The notes beneath the pieces are model-generated. The model had not been told where the DNA came from and searched no databases. It saw nothing but the letters and a program-made list of their open reading frames with translations. A stretch of DNA of 64,000 nucleotides from the human T2T-CHM13v2.0 reference genome, Homo sapiens: the NCBI RefSeq assembly GCF_009914755.1, contig NC_060947.1. One strand, 5' to 3'. Shown one piece after another: positions 45,630 to 58,957 of this stretch; position 1 is the stretch's first letter; each line of letters starts with the position of its first letter. The position numbers and the translations under genes were made by a program.

Positions 45630-46769
45630 CCAAACTTTATTAAGGTATGATTGACAAATAAAAATGTATATACTTAGGGCATACAATGTGATGTTTGAAT
45701 ATATGTATGCATTGTGAAATGATTACCACAATGAGCTAACATATCCACCATTTCACATAGTTACTTTTTTTGTATGTGTGACGAGACACATACCTTCTTA
45801 CCGAACTTACACCTGCTTTCTTACCAAACTTCAAGTACAATACAGTATTATTAACTAGAGTCACCATGCTATACATTAGGTTTCCAATACTTATTCATCT
45901 TATAGCTGAAGGTATGTACCCTTTGACTAATATCTCCCCTTTTCTTCATACCCTAGCCCTTGATAACTGCCATTATACTCTCTGCTCTGTTACTGTGAGT
46001 TTCACTTTCTTTTTCATTTTCTTTTTTTTTGATGGAATCTCCCACTGTTGCCCGGGCTGGAGTGCAATGGTGCGATCTCGGCTTAATGCAACCTCTGACT
46101 CCTGGGTTCACGCGATTCTCCTGCCTCAGCCTCCTGAGTAGCCGGAATTACAGGCGCACATACACTACCACACCCGGCTAATATTTTGTATTTTTAGTAG
46201 AGACGGGGTTTCACTATGTTGGCCAGACTGGTCTCAAGCTCCTGACCTCATGATCCGCACGCCTGGGCCTCCCAAAGTGCTGGGATTACAGGTGTGAGCC
46301 ACCACGCCTGGCCTGACGTTCACTTTTTAAAGATTTCACATATGGCTGGCTGCAGTGGTTCACATCTGTAACCCCAGCACTTTTGGAGGCTGATACAAGA
46401 GGATGCCTTGAGCCTGGGAGTTCGAGACCAGCCTGGGCAACATAAGGAGACCCCTGTCTCTACAAAAAAAATTTAAAAAGTGTCTGGGTGTGATGGCACA
46501 TGCCTGTGGTCCCAGCTACTCCTGAGGCTGAGGTAGGAGGATTGCTTCAGCTCGGGAGGTTGAGGCTATACTGAGCTGTGACTGCACTCCAGCCTGGCCA
46601 ACAGAATGAGACCCTGTCTCAAAAAACAAACAAAAAAAGATTTCACATACAAGAGCATGCAATGTTTGGCTTCCTGTGTCTGGTTTATTTCACTTAGCAT
46701 AATATCCTCAAGGTTCATTCATGTTATTGCCAAGGGCAGCATTTCCTTCTTTTTTTAAGGCTGCTTGTG

Positions 46770-46803
<34 letters not shown>

Positions 46804-47740
46804 ACATATATATGTTATATATATAACATATATATGTTATATATATAATATGAATATATAATATATGATATGAATATATAGTATATTCATATTATATATA
46901 ATATATATAATAAAGAAAATTATATATAATATATATAATATATAATACATATACTATATAATATATATAAAATATATATATAATATATATAAATAATATA
47001 TATATAAATATATGTTATATATATTATATATAAAATATATATAAATATATATTATATATATTATATATAATATATATATAATATATAATATATATAATAT
47101 ATAAAATATATATAAATATATATTATATATATTATATTATATAAATAATATATATTATATATTATATATTATATATAATATATAATATATATTATTTATA
47201 TAATATAATATATATAATATATATTATATAATATATATTATATTATATATTAAATATTATATAAAAATATATATAAGACATTTATATATAATATATAATA
47301 TATATTTATATAAAAATATATTATATATAATATAATATATATTATATATAATATAATATATATTATATATAAAAATATATTTATATATATTATATTATAT
47401 ATAATATATTATATATATTATATTATATATAATATATTATATATATTATATTATATATAATATATATAATATATTATATTATATATAATATATTATATAT
47501 ATTATATTATATATAATATATTATATATATTATATATAATATATATAATATAGATATATAAAAAACATTTTCTTTATCCATTCATCTGTCAGTGGTCACT
47601 TAGGTTGTTTTCTTATCTTAGCTATTGTGAATAATGCTGAAATGGACAAGAGAGTCCAGATACCACTTAGAGATAGTGATTTTATTTGCTTAGGATATCT
47701 ATCCATAGTGGAATTGCTGGATCATACAGTAGCATACATG
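45630..47740 (-). mobile_element. L1M 3' end with Alus (46010-46312 -, 46345-46640 +) and an expanded TA tract
   Basis: L1 3'-end motifs (ttaactagagtcaccatgctatacattag; ttatttcacttagcataat). Confidence 0.8.
46770..47560. repeat. ~790-bp AT-only (TA)n/(TATAA)n tract
   Basis: Almost entirely A/T, degenerate TA repeats. Confidence 0.95.
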
Positions 47741-47787
47741 GACAATTAATTTTCAACAAAGCTGCCAAGAATACACAATGAGGAAAG

Positions 47788-48563
47788 TGAGATGGAGCAG
47801 GGACCCCGTCTCAGGGGTCTGCAGGCCCCCTTAAGCATATAAATAAAGGAAAATGTTGAGTTCTTTCAGGGGCAATGCCAGGCACCTAGCTAGCCCTGAG
47901 AAGTAAATAAGCAAGTTGATAAGCAAGAAGGTAATAGCTTAAAACAACAGCCAAGGAAGCTACAATCACAGGATGTTTTCTTTCCCTATAGAAACTAAAG
48001 ATAACATGTTAACATATATCTCTGAGTTGTTTTTCAGAAACTTGGATCCCCACCAAACTGATCAGCTGGCATGCAGACCCCAGAAAAGGGGGAGCTGAGG
48101 ACTGAACTCTGACCACCACTCTTTGTTCCAAACTTCTTCATGAGGGGCCTGGAGGAAATCACATCCATCTGTCAGAGCTAATATTCTTTTCTGCTGACCC
48201 AAAAATTTTAAACAAAGCTTCTCTTGCTTAACCAACTGCAAACCAAAAGACCTTTGAACCTACTTATGGCCTGTAAGCCCTCACTTCAAGATATCCCACC
48301 CTTTTAGGCCAAAACCAATGGGTAACCTCTGTGTAATGATTTATGAATTAGCCTGTAACTTCTGCTTTCCTGAAATTTACTCCTACCTTTAAAAGCCCTT
48401 ACCTGCAAGCCATCACGGAGCTCTGGATTTGAGCGTTAGCTGCCTGATCCTCCTTGCTTAGTGCCCTGCAAATAAATGTCTTCCTTTCCACCACTGCAAA
48501 CCTCAGTGTGGATATCTGATCTTACTGTGATGGGCAAGACAACTCCAGTTCAGTTCAATAACA
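47788..48563 (+). mobile_element. MER50-like 5' LTR of an ERV1 provirus
   Basis: tgagatggagcagggacccc...aataaa...caataaca, followed by a TGG-initiated PBS-like sequence and gag. Confidence 0.75.
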
Positions 48564-51002
48564 CTTGGCCACAACTCAAAAGCCCTGAGTGGGTGTCTTG
48601 CCAATAGCATATCAGCCCCTGGCTATGAGCACCCTTGGACCCTGTCCAGTAGCTGCCTGAATTATTTTATTCAGGGATGGATCTGTGTATTTGGCTGCCA
48701 CCAAGGCATCACTGGCTTGTGTTGCTTTTACTTTTGCAGCATTAGAAATGAGACACTTGGCTGGGAAGACATTTTTTGGCAGGTGACAAATTTGTGGGCA
48801 ATAGCCCCAAGGTATATTTTCTTCAAACACTACGTTCTGCATTGGCAGGACATCTGGCCTTGCTTTGGCAATTTACGGGACTCTGCTTCATCATAGTGTG
48901 TTTAGTAGGGAATACTCCATAAGCAACTGAAGGGATGGAGACTTTGAGAAATCACATTTTGATTTTGATTTGCTTGCTTGACAATCTGCCTAAAGCCCAG
49001 CTGAGGCATTAAGGGTTTTTCACCTAAGGTCTTGTCATCTAAAATGGAAACTACAAATTATGTTCCTCCTTGTAGCCCATTATGGTGCATTCTGCAGAAT
49101 CGGGCCATTTTTAGCTTTGAGCCCATGAAAAAGAAAAATGTTTTTAATGTTGAAATTCTGCCTGACCACGGTATCCCCTAGGATCCAGGGAATGGTAGCC
49201 AGAATTTAGATATCTAAATTACATTATAATTTTTCAATTAGAATTGTTTTGTGAACAAGAAGGTAAATGGGATGAAATTCTGAATGTACAAGCTTTTATG
49301 CTTTTGTACCAAAGTGAGCTAATTCAAAGAAGGTATAATTTGCATAGAATCATGGTTGAAAGAAATGCCTCTAAGGTGAAAGAGGTAAAGGTTTTACCCG
49401 GTTCTCAAAAATCAGAAGATGACTTACTACTTCAACAAATGAATGCACCAATCCTATCTCTCCACCTTATGGGGGGCGAGATATGGAAGCCAGAGCAATG
49501 GCCCCGCCCCCCTGCTCAGGCAGGAATGGGAGCCCCTATTACCCTGGCTGGACTGGGGAATAATAGTGACGTAAACAGGCCAGGAGTGCTCTCTCCTTCA
49601 CACACCTGACAGGGCACTCAATATCGTCAGGGAGCCACTCTGGTTGAGGTAGGGCAATTCCATTAGGCAAGTACCCATTGGCAGAATCAATGCCCAGGGT
49701 CAGCCAGCGGGACCTGTGTGGGTACACGTGCCATTCTCAGTCTCTGACCTATACCATTGGAAGGATAACATGCTTACCTACTGGGGTGACCCAAGGAGGA
49801 TGGAAAATGTGTTCTCCATTTACACTACTCATAATCCTAACTGGGAGAATGTGCAATATTTACAAAATGCACTACTTACCTCCAAAGAGTGGAGAATAGT
49901 TTTAGAAAAAGCTAGAGAAGAAGCTGACCAGTAACATACTGAGACTGCCAGCAATCTGGTCTGGGCAGCTACTGCTGAGGCTATAGCCTAACACAAGCAG
50001 TCTTAGCTCCTCCCAGCCTCCCATTGGCCCAAGTGTCTGGGCTTTAAGATGTTCTCAATAATATTGGTGGTGTGTTTTCCTGCTCCGTGGTCAAAAAGGG
50101 CATCTTGGAGCTCACATGCTTGTTCTGGTGGCACCTCAATGTCCAATTTTCCCAGAGCAAAGGTTACTGTGGCAATTAACTTAGTTAACACGTCCTGTCC
50201 CAACGAAGGGACTGGGCATTCTGGCATGTGCAAGATCCTGATAGGATCCAAATCATGAGAGTCAAGCTCATTGCAAGCATTAAAGAGATTGAATTTTAGC
50301 AGTCCTGAGGAAAGGGGTCTCAAAGTAGTGTAGCTTTAATAAATTTCAGGAAATGTGACAGAGGCCAAATGAAAACTCATCTGAAAGTTTTTGGAGATAA
50401 TTTTTGAAGCCTCCTGGCAATGTCAACTGAGATAGATCCTGAGGCCCCTGAGAACCTCAGATTAATTAACATAACTTTTATTAGTCAAAGCACTCCTGGC
50501 ATTCAGAAAAAGCTATAAAAATTAGAAAGTGTTTTTGGAATGTCTATCTCTTAACTGTATAGATTGCTTTTAAGGTGTTCAAAAACTGAGATCAAGCATT
50601 GGATCATAAAGAGCAACAGAGGATGGAAAAACAGGCATCTTTGTTGGTTGCTGCTCTGTTCACAGCACTTGAAGTAAAGAAGCCCAATGAGAAGGTAGAC
50701 ACCCCTGGAAACAAGAAAGGCCTCCAGAAAGGCGATCCATAGATGGGGCCCAAGCATTGTGCATATTGTAAACAAGAGGACCATTGGAAAAGGACTTCCT
50801 GAGTTTAAAAAGGCAATCCCAGGGGAAAGAAGAAAAGGCTTTACTTTTGTCAGAGGTATCCAAGAGAGTGATGGGGTCTCAGGGGGTACAATAGGTGGAT
50901 GAGGCTGCATCCCCATCTCCTGCCTGGAACCCTGGGTAACTCTTTGGTGGGAAAAAGACAAGTTGATTTCTTGATTGATATTGGAGCCACGTACTCCTTC
51001 CT

Positions 51003-51319
51003 TGACATGGTTTGGCTCTGTGTCCCCACCTAAATCTCATCTTGTAGCTCCCATATTTCCCATGTGTTGTGGGAAGGACCTGGTGGGAAATAATTGAATC
51101 ATGGGGTTTTCCCTGCACAAGCTCTCTCTCTCTTTGCCTGCTGCCATCTCTTTGCCTGCTGCCATCCATGTAAGACGTGACTTGCTCCTCTTTGCCTTCT
51201 GCCATGATTGTGAGGCTTCCCCAGCCATGTGCAATAGTAAATCCATTAAACCTCTTTCTTTTGTAAATTGCCCAGTCTTGGGTATGTCTTCATCAGCAGC
51301 ATGAAAACAGACTAATACA
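51003..51319 (+). mobile_element. THE1A-like solo LTR inside the ERV protease
   Basis: tgacatggtttggctctgtgtcccc...gactaataca. Confidence 0.85.
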
Positions 51320-51692
51320 GTCCTAAATATCAAAATAACAAAATTGTCACCCAATACTATGACTATCATGGGGTGTCTGGAACACTTATGAAAAAGTCCT
51401 TTTTACAACCTATGGACTACCAAGTGGGCACAGTCAAACTAAAGCATAGTTTCTTGTACATGCCAGAATGCCCAATCCCTTCACTGGGACAGGACTTGTT
51501 AACTAAGTTAATTGCCACAGTAACCTTTGCTTTGGGAAAATTGAGGTGCCACCAGAACAAGCTTGTGCACTCCCAAATGCCCTTTATGACCACAGAGCAG
51601 AAAAACACACCATCAATATTATGGAGAACATCTTAAAGCAGATAAGCCCAGATGCTTGGGCTGATGGGAGGCTGGGAAGGGCTAAGACTGCT

Positions 51693-54600
51693 TGTGTTAA
51701 GGCCATTCTTGCATTGCTATAAAGAAATACCTGAGACTAGGTATTTATAAAGAAATGAGCTTTAATGGGCTCAGTGTTCTGCAGGTTGTACAGGAAGCAT
51801 AGTGCTGGCATTTGCTCAGCTTCTGGGGAGGCCTCAGGGAGCTTTTACTCATGATGGAAGGCAAAGCAGGAGCAGGCACATCATATGGCAAAAGCAGGAG
51901 CAAGAGAGAGATGGAGGAGAGAGGGTGCCACACAATTTTAAACAACCAGATCTTGTGAGAACTCACTATCATGAGGACAGCACCAAGCCATGAGAGATCC
52001 ACCCCCATGATCCAAACCTTTCCCATCAGGCCCAACCTTCAACATTGGGGATTGTATCTCAACATGAGATTTGGAGGGCATGTCCAAACTATATCATTCT
52101 CCCCTGCCCCCACAAATCTCATGTCCTTCTCATACTGTGAAATACAATAATCTCATCCCAATAGTCCTCCAAAGTCTTAACACATTCCAGCATTAATGAA
52201 ACTGCCTTTGCAAAATTATAACTGAAGAAATTATGACAGTGAAAGAAATCAGACCTAACCAACCCCATATTGCTTCTAACCTTTGTCCTTGTTCATTACT
52301 GGGCATAGGCCAAACTAACTTTGGGAAGGAATTCAATTTATGGTTTGACTCTGAAACAAAATTGATAACAGACATTTTCCAAAAAGACCCCATTCTTGCC
52401 TGGGGACAAGTATGCCTTTGCAGGACTAACAAATTAGATAGAAGATTAGAAATTACATTTTAGGGGACAGGTAGCCTCTGGCTACTAGAGTCTGAACCTC
52501 CCCAAATTGCTCCTGAGGATAACATCAATGCTGTAAAACCTAAGATCAGTGCTTGAGGTATTTTGCAGCCCCTGCGCTTGATGGATCAGCTGACACCACC
52601 CAGACCAGTAATCTGGCTCAATCAGTTCTTCCATCCCATCCAGGAATAGAAAACAGCAAGAAAAACTCACTTCAACTCTCCATGATTCCATGTCCATCCT
52701 GACCAATCAGCACTTCCCACTTCTCAAGCCCCTACCCACCAAATTATCTTTAAAAACTCTGATCCCCGAATAGTCGGGGAGACTTATTTGAGTAATAATA
52801 AAACTTTAGTCTCCTGCATAGCTGGCTCTGTGTGAATTACTTTCTCCATTGCAATTCCCCTGTCTTGATAAATAAGCTGTGTCTAGGCAGCAGGCAAGGT
52901 GAACCCCTTGGGCGGTTGCACAACTCAAAAGTCCCAAGTCCCCAGTCCAAAGTCTTATCTGGAAATAAGTTCTTTCCACCTAGAAGCCTGTAAAATCAAA
53001 ATGGGTTATTTACTTCCAAGATACAATGGAGATACAAGCACTGGGTAAACATTCTCATTCCAAAAGAAAGGTGCTACAGGCGCCACCCAAGTCTGAAACT
53101 CAGCAGGGCAGTCATTGAATCTTAAAACTTCAAAACAGTCTCCTTTGACTCCATGTCTCACATCCAGGGCATGCTTCTGCAGGGGATGGGCTCCCAGGGC
53201 CTTGGGCAGCTCTGACCCTGTGGCTTTGCAGGGCTCAGCTTCTGAGCCTGCTCTCACAAGCTGGCATTGAGTACCTGTAACTTTTCCTGGTGCAGAGTGC
53301 AAGCTGCTAGTGGATCTACCATTCTGGCATTTGGAGGACAGTGAACTCTTCCCACAGCTCCACTACCCAGTGCCCCATTGGAGACTCTGTGGGCGGTGCT
53401 TAAACCCTACATTTTCCCCCTGCACTGCCCTAGTGGAGGTTCTCTGTGAGGGCTCCACCCCTGCAGGAAGTGTCTGGCTGGAGACCCAGGCTTTTCCATG
53501 CATCTTCTGAAATCTAAGCGGAGGCTGTCAAGCCTTCTTCACCCTTATACTCTGTACACCTGCAGGCTTAACACCATGTTGAAACTGCCAAGGCTTATGG
53601 CTTGTGCCCTCTGGAGTGGAGGCCCAAACTGTACTTGGGCCCATTTGAGCTGGAGCTAGAGCCAGAGCAGCTGGGATGCAAGGAGCAGTGTCACAAGGCT
53701 GAGCAGGGCAGTGGCATCCCAGGCCTGACCCTTGAAACCATTCTTCCCTCCTAAGCCTTTTGGCCTGTGATGGGAGGGGCTGCCTCAGAGATCTCCGAAA
53801 TGCCTTCAAGGTCTTTCCCCCATTGTCTTGGCTATCAGGACATTGTTTGCTTTTAATCAGGCTAATATCTCTAGAAAGTGGTTACACCACAGCCTTCTTG
53901 GATTCTTCCCCTGAAAAAGCTTTTTCTTTCTTTGCCAGATGGCTAGGCTGCAAATTTTCCAAACTTTATGCTCTGCTTCTTCTATAAATATAATTCCCAA
54001 CTTTAAGTTATTTCTTTGTTCCTGCATCTGCGCATAGGCTGTTACAAGCAGTTAGACCACCTCTTGAACACTTTGATGCGTAAGAATTTTCTCTGTCAGA
54101 TACCCTAGGTTGTCACTCTTAAGTTCAAACTTCCACAGATCCCTAGGGCATGACAGAATACAGCCAAGTTCTTTGCTAAGGCATTACAAGGATGACCTTT
54201 GCTTCAGTTACCAAAAAGTTCCTCATTTCCATTTGAGACTTTGTCAGCCTGGACTTCACTATCCATATCACTATCAGTATTTTTGTTACCACCATCTAGC
54301 CAGTCCCTAAGAATTTCCAAGATTTCTTGGAACTTTTTTCCTGTCTTCTTCTGAGACCTCCAAACCCTTCCAACCTCTGCCTGTTACCCAGCTCCAAAGC
54401 TGCTTCCACATTTTCAGATATCTATAGCAATGCCCAACTCCTCAGTACCAATTTTCTGTGTTAGACCATTGTTGTGTTGCTACAAAGAAATACTGGACAC
54501 TGGGTAATTTATAAAGAAAATAGGTTTAATTGGCTCACAGTTCTGCATGCTGTACAGGAAGCATGGTGTCAGCATCCACTTGGCTTCTGGGGAGGCCTCA

Positions 54601-54850
54601 GGCAGCTTTAATTCATGTTTGAAGCTAAAGTGGAAGCAGGTGAGAGCAGGAGCAAGAGAGAGAGAGAGCAGGGAAGGTGCCACACACTTCTAAACATCCA
54701 GGTCTTGTGAGAACTTACTCACTATCACAAAACAGCACCAAGCCATGAGGATTCCACCCCATGACCCAAACACCTCCCACCAGGCCCCACCTCCAACACT
54801 GGGGATTACATCTCAACATGAGATTTGTAGGGGACATCCAAACTATATCC
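51693..54850 (-). mobile_element. Full-length MST (MaLR) element, LTR-int-LTR
   Basis: Two MST LTRs (~51693-52095 and ~54457-54850), MaLR internal sequence, and 5-bp TSD ctgct. Confidence 0.88.
52197..52920 (+). mobile_element. LTR8 solo LTR nested in MST-int
   Basis: tgaaactgcctttgcaaaattataactga...gggcggttgca. Confidence 0.85.
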
Positions 54851-56524
54851 CTGCTATACCAGTATAGATGAAGCTAAAACCAGAAGCAAAAACTCCAAAC
54901 TCAAAACTATATCCCCTAAAGGAACAGATTAAAAGGGGGATTTGGCCTTTAATCATTGCCTTTCCAGAGTTCCAGCTCATCAGGCCATGTAGCTCTCCAT
55001 ACAATACTCCCATCTTACCTATTAAAAAGCTAAATAGTAGAGGAGGTTACCTAGTTGTTACAAACCCTTACACCTTGCTGACTATCTTGTCAGGAGACTT
55101 CTGTTAGTTCACAGTATTAGACTTAAAAGATGCATTTTTCCTCCATTCCCCAAGTCTTGAATCTCAAGAACTCTTTGCTTTGGAATGGGAAGATCCAGAA
55201 ACAAAGAGCAAGCACCAATGTTGCTGGACTGTTGCCACAAGGATTCAAAAACTCCCTCATCTTTTTTGGGGAACTCCAGTTACAAGAGGGGGCTATCTTC
55301 CAATATGTAGATGGCACATTGATAGCAAATAAAGTAAAGTTCAGATGAAAATAACATAACCATCTTAAATTTCCTGGCTGAGTGAAGGTACAAGGTATCC
55401 CAAAAGAAAGTACAAACTTCTCAACCCTTGGAAAGGTATCTAGGATTTGACTTAACTAAAGGACAGAGGAATTTACTCCCCAACTGCTGGGGAGCAGTAG
55501 CCATAGCTATGCCATCCACCAAAAGACAATTATGAGGGTTTTTAGGAATGGCTGAATTTTGCCTTATATAGATTCCTAATTTCAGGTTGATGGAAAAAAT
55601 CTCTGTATAGCATGCTGAAGGGAATGAAGGATGGGCCTCTAGTATGGTCTGCCAAATCTCAAAAAGGCTTTCAGTTGGTAAAAGAGAAATTGTTAGCAAC
55701 TCTGGCTTTAGGGATGCCAGACTTCAAAAAGCCGTTGGATCTATTTGTGCACAAAAGACAAGGAATATGGTTGCAAGTGTTTACCCAAAATCTAGGAGAC
55801 ACCAAGCATCCTGTATAGTACTTTTCAGACACTTTGGACATCATAACCCAGGGGTAGCCAGTGTGCCATAGGGCAGTGACCACCACCTGTAACTTACTGC
55901 AAGAAGCTGAAAAATTCACCTTGGGGGCAGTCCACAATCTTGCATACCCCACATTGTGTGTTACCATTATTAGAGTAGAAAGGTGGTTATTGGTTTACTT
56001 CAGGCCAGATGTGGAAAAAAAACCAAGGAATTTTCTAGGATAATCCTAATGTGATGCTAAAAACGGTCCACCTTAAACCCCACGACTCTGTTTCCAAACC
56101 CATCAGTGGAACCTAGGCATAACTGTTTACAAATTATTGAACAAGTCTATTCCAGCCACTCTGACAAACAGGTGTGCCCTTGGGAAAAACAGATCTATAA
56201 ATGTCCACGGATATAAGCAGCTTCATGGACCAGGGAAACTGGAAAGTGGGATATGCAGTGATAATTTTGCAAGATATTATAAGAAGCTGAAGCACTGCCA
56301 CCAGGTAACGTCAGCCCAGAATGCCTCAACCGTGCTCTTCACTGAGGAAAAATTAAGAAGATAAACATTTACACTGATTCAAAGAACTCTTCTATGGTGC
56401 ATGCACATGGGGCTATTTGGGAAGAAAGAGGGCTATTATTAACATTGGGAAAAAAAGGACTCAAACATGTGCAGGAAATTTTAAAATTACTAAAAATGGT
56501 GTTAGAACCTAAAGAAGTGGCAAT

Positions 56525-56990
56525 TGTAAGAATTAAAGAAAGAGGAAACAAACATGAAACGTGGCTGACAGTTAAAGACAGGTTTTCTTTAGATAAAACC
56601 TGAGAGGTGCTCCTGGCCAATTTTGGTCAAGAGCACTTTCTCTTACAGACTAAGAGTATATATTGGTTTTACGGTGAGGTGGCTTATCAGAAGCTTGGAA
56701 TGTTTAGGTGTGTGGAGAAGTTTATGGAAGGGTTGGAATCCCTCTGGGAGGAGGGGAAGTTATCTTGGGGCAGACATCTTTCTGGGGCCCAGAGGGGGGT
56801 TATCTCAGGGCTAGCATGTCTCTGGTCAAGGAGGAGTTTGGATGTTTCTTGTTGGAGATGTTATTTGTGTTTTATGGTCATGCTGACATTAGCCATTAGG
56901 CTGATGCCCTTTAGATTTAGGCAGCTTTTTTATTAAGGTGAACATTAGAATGAGGAGCTTGTTCAAGATGGCGATGCTCCTGCTCTGTCA
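56525..56990 (-). mobile_element. LTR19A-like solo LTR in the ERV RNase H region
   Basis: - strand tgacagagcaggagcatcgccatcttg...ttcttaca; 5-bp TSD gcaat. Confidence 0.8.
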
Positions 56991-57249
56991 GCAATCATAC
57001 ATTGCCTGAGCCACGAAAAATCAAACTGTTTAATATCTCATGGAAATCAAATAAAGCAGACCAGTTAGCAGCCTGGACCAAAACTTCCACTATTATGGCC
57101 CTAGTCTCACAGATTGACTTGACCCTGTTTTGTCCAACATATTCTCTGGAAGGTTTAAGAGGAACCCAAGGGTAGGGTTTCAGTGTAGTGGTCCTAAAAC
57201 CCAACTCCTGGTTTATAAGCCAGCAAGGAACAGTACTGATCCCTGATAT

Positions 57250-57562
57250 TTTTTTTCTTTTTTTTTGAGACAGAGTCTCACTCTGTCACCCAGGCTGGAG
57301 TTCAGTGGCACAATCACAGCTCACTGCAGCCTCAACCTCCCCAGGCTCAGGTGTTCCTTCCACCTCAGCTTCTCAAGTAGCTGGAACTACAGGCATGTAC
57401 CACCACGCCTAGCTAACTTTTGTGTTTTAAAAAAAAATTTTTTTTACAGACAGGGTTTTGCCATTTTGCCCAGGCTGGTCTCAAACTTCTTGGGCTCAAG
57501 CTATTTGCCCACCTCGGCCTCCCAAAGTGCTGGGATTACAGGCGTGAGCCACCATGTCCAGC
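57250..57562 (-). mobile_element. Alu (AluJ)
   Basis: Reverse Alu with TSD ctgatcc(c/t)tga. Confidence 0.9.
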
Positions 57563-58957
57563 TCTGATCCTTGAGATTTTAATGGAAAAAATAATTAGTT
57601 TGCTTCATCTGAGTACCCACTATGGAAGGGATGCCACACTTAGGTGGATTCAGAATTGCATCATAGGTCCTAATATGCAAAAGATTATATAGAAGGTCAT
57701 ATAGAAATGTTTAATCTGTTCCAAGAATAATCCAAAATCGGGTTCATCCACACCAAAGGGAATACATGCAAGAGGCAATGGGCTAGGAGAAAATTGGCAA
57801 ACAGATTTTACTGTAATGCCAAGAGCCAAAGGGAATTTTAGATAGTTGTTAGTAATACATTTATTTATTTATTGGATAGGTGGAAGGCTTTTCCTGCCAC
57901 ACTGAGAGGGCTTCAGAAATAGTAAGAATCTTAATGGAGGAAATTATCCTCAGATTTGGGTTGCAATTCACCATCCAGAGCGATAATAGGAGTGCCTTTA
58001 TTGCCAAGATAACCTAGGAGGTGTCCAAACAGCTGGAAATTAAATTACATGCCTCTTGGCAACCCTAGTCCATTGGAAAGACTGAAAAGATGAACCACAC
58101 CCTAAAAAAAACACTGTTGCAAAAATTCGTCAGGAAACAAATCGGACATGGGACAAGGTATTGCCAGTTGCACTGCTTAGGATTAGAGTGGCCCCTAGAA
58201 GCGGGCTTCAATTAAGCCCTTATGAAATCTTGTATGGGAGACCCTGTCTATATTCTGAGCCACAAGGTAAACAGATAAGTGATTTAAAAATCAAAGAGTT
58301 GGACACTGTCAGGTATGTACAATCTTTGGATCTATCTTTAAATGCTGATATGATTTGGATCTGTGTCCTCACCCAAATCTCATGTTGAATTGTAATTCTC
58401 AGTGTCAGAGGTGGGGCCTGGTGGGAGGTGATTGGATCATGAGGGTGGTTTTCTCATGAATGGTTTAGCCTCATGGCCCTTGGAACTGTCCTTGTGATAG
58501 TGAATTTTTGCACTATCTGGTTGTTTAAAAGTGTGTGGCATATAGCATATGTTACTTGCTATATCATTCTAATTGCCCCTCTAGGAACCAGTAAACATGA
58601 TTTCTGTTTCACATAGAGACATAACTCTATGGTTAGATTTTCCTAATCTCTGGCCTCTTCAGTAAATTTAACTGATTGTCGTGTATGTCATCCCAAACTG
58701 TTTTGGTTTCATGACCATACTGATCCTTTAATCATGCCTGTAACTAACTTTACAGCTGTTCCCAATTTTACCATAGAATATAATGAAAGGCCCTCTTGAG
58801 TGACCTATCAAGCAAACGGAGCAATCCTGGACCCTACATCTTCAGTTCCCTGCTTCTTTCTAACTCCTTTGTGGAGGGGTGTGGGATTTGCTCTATACTC
58901 TAAGGTTATGAACTGTTCTGAGCCTATTGATTTCACCATAATTAACCAATGGTTTAA

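Larger units (their letters stand above)
48564..58950 (+). pseudogene. Degraded gammaretrovirus-like ERV gag-pro-pol (possibly env) with nested insertions
   Basis: CA VHVPFSVSDL...HNPNWENVQ (49716-49934), Zn-knuckle relic CAYCKQEDHW (~50758), protease FLIDIGATYS (~50970), RT VLDLKDAFF/LPQGFKNS/YVDG (55110-55320), RNase H VHAHGAIWEERG (56394), IN WQTDF/IQSDN/PYEILYGRP (57790-58245). Many stops and frameshifts. Confidence 0.88.

Noticed and set aside
49000-58950. Coding-competent or domesticated ERV gene
   Set aside because: All frames are broken by stops, frameshifts and insertions, and catalytic motifs are mutated (DIG, YVDG).
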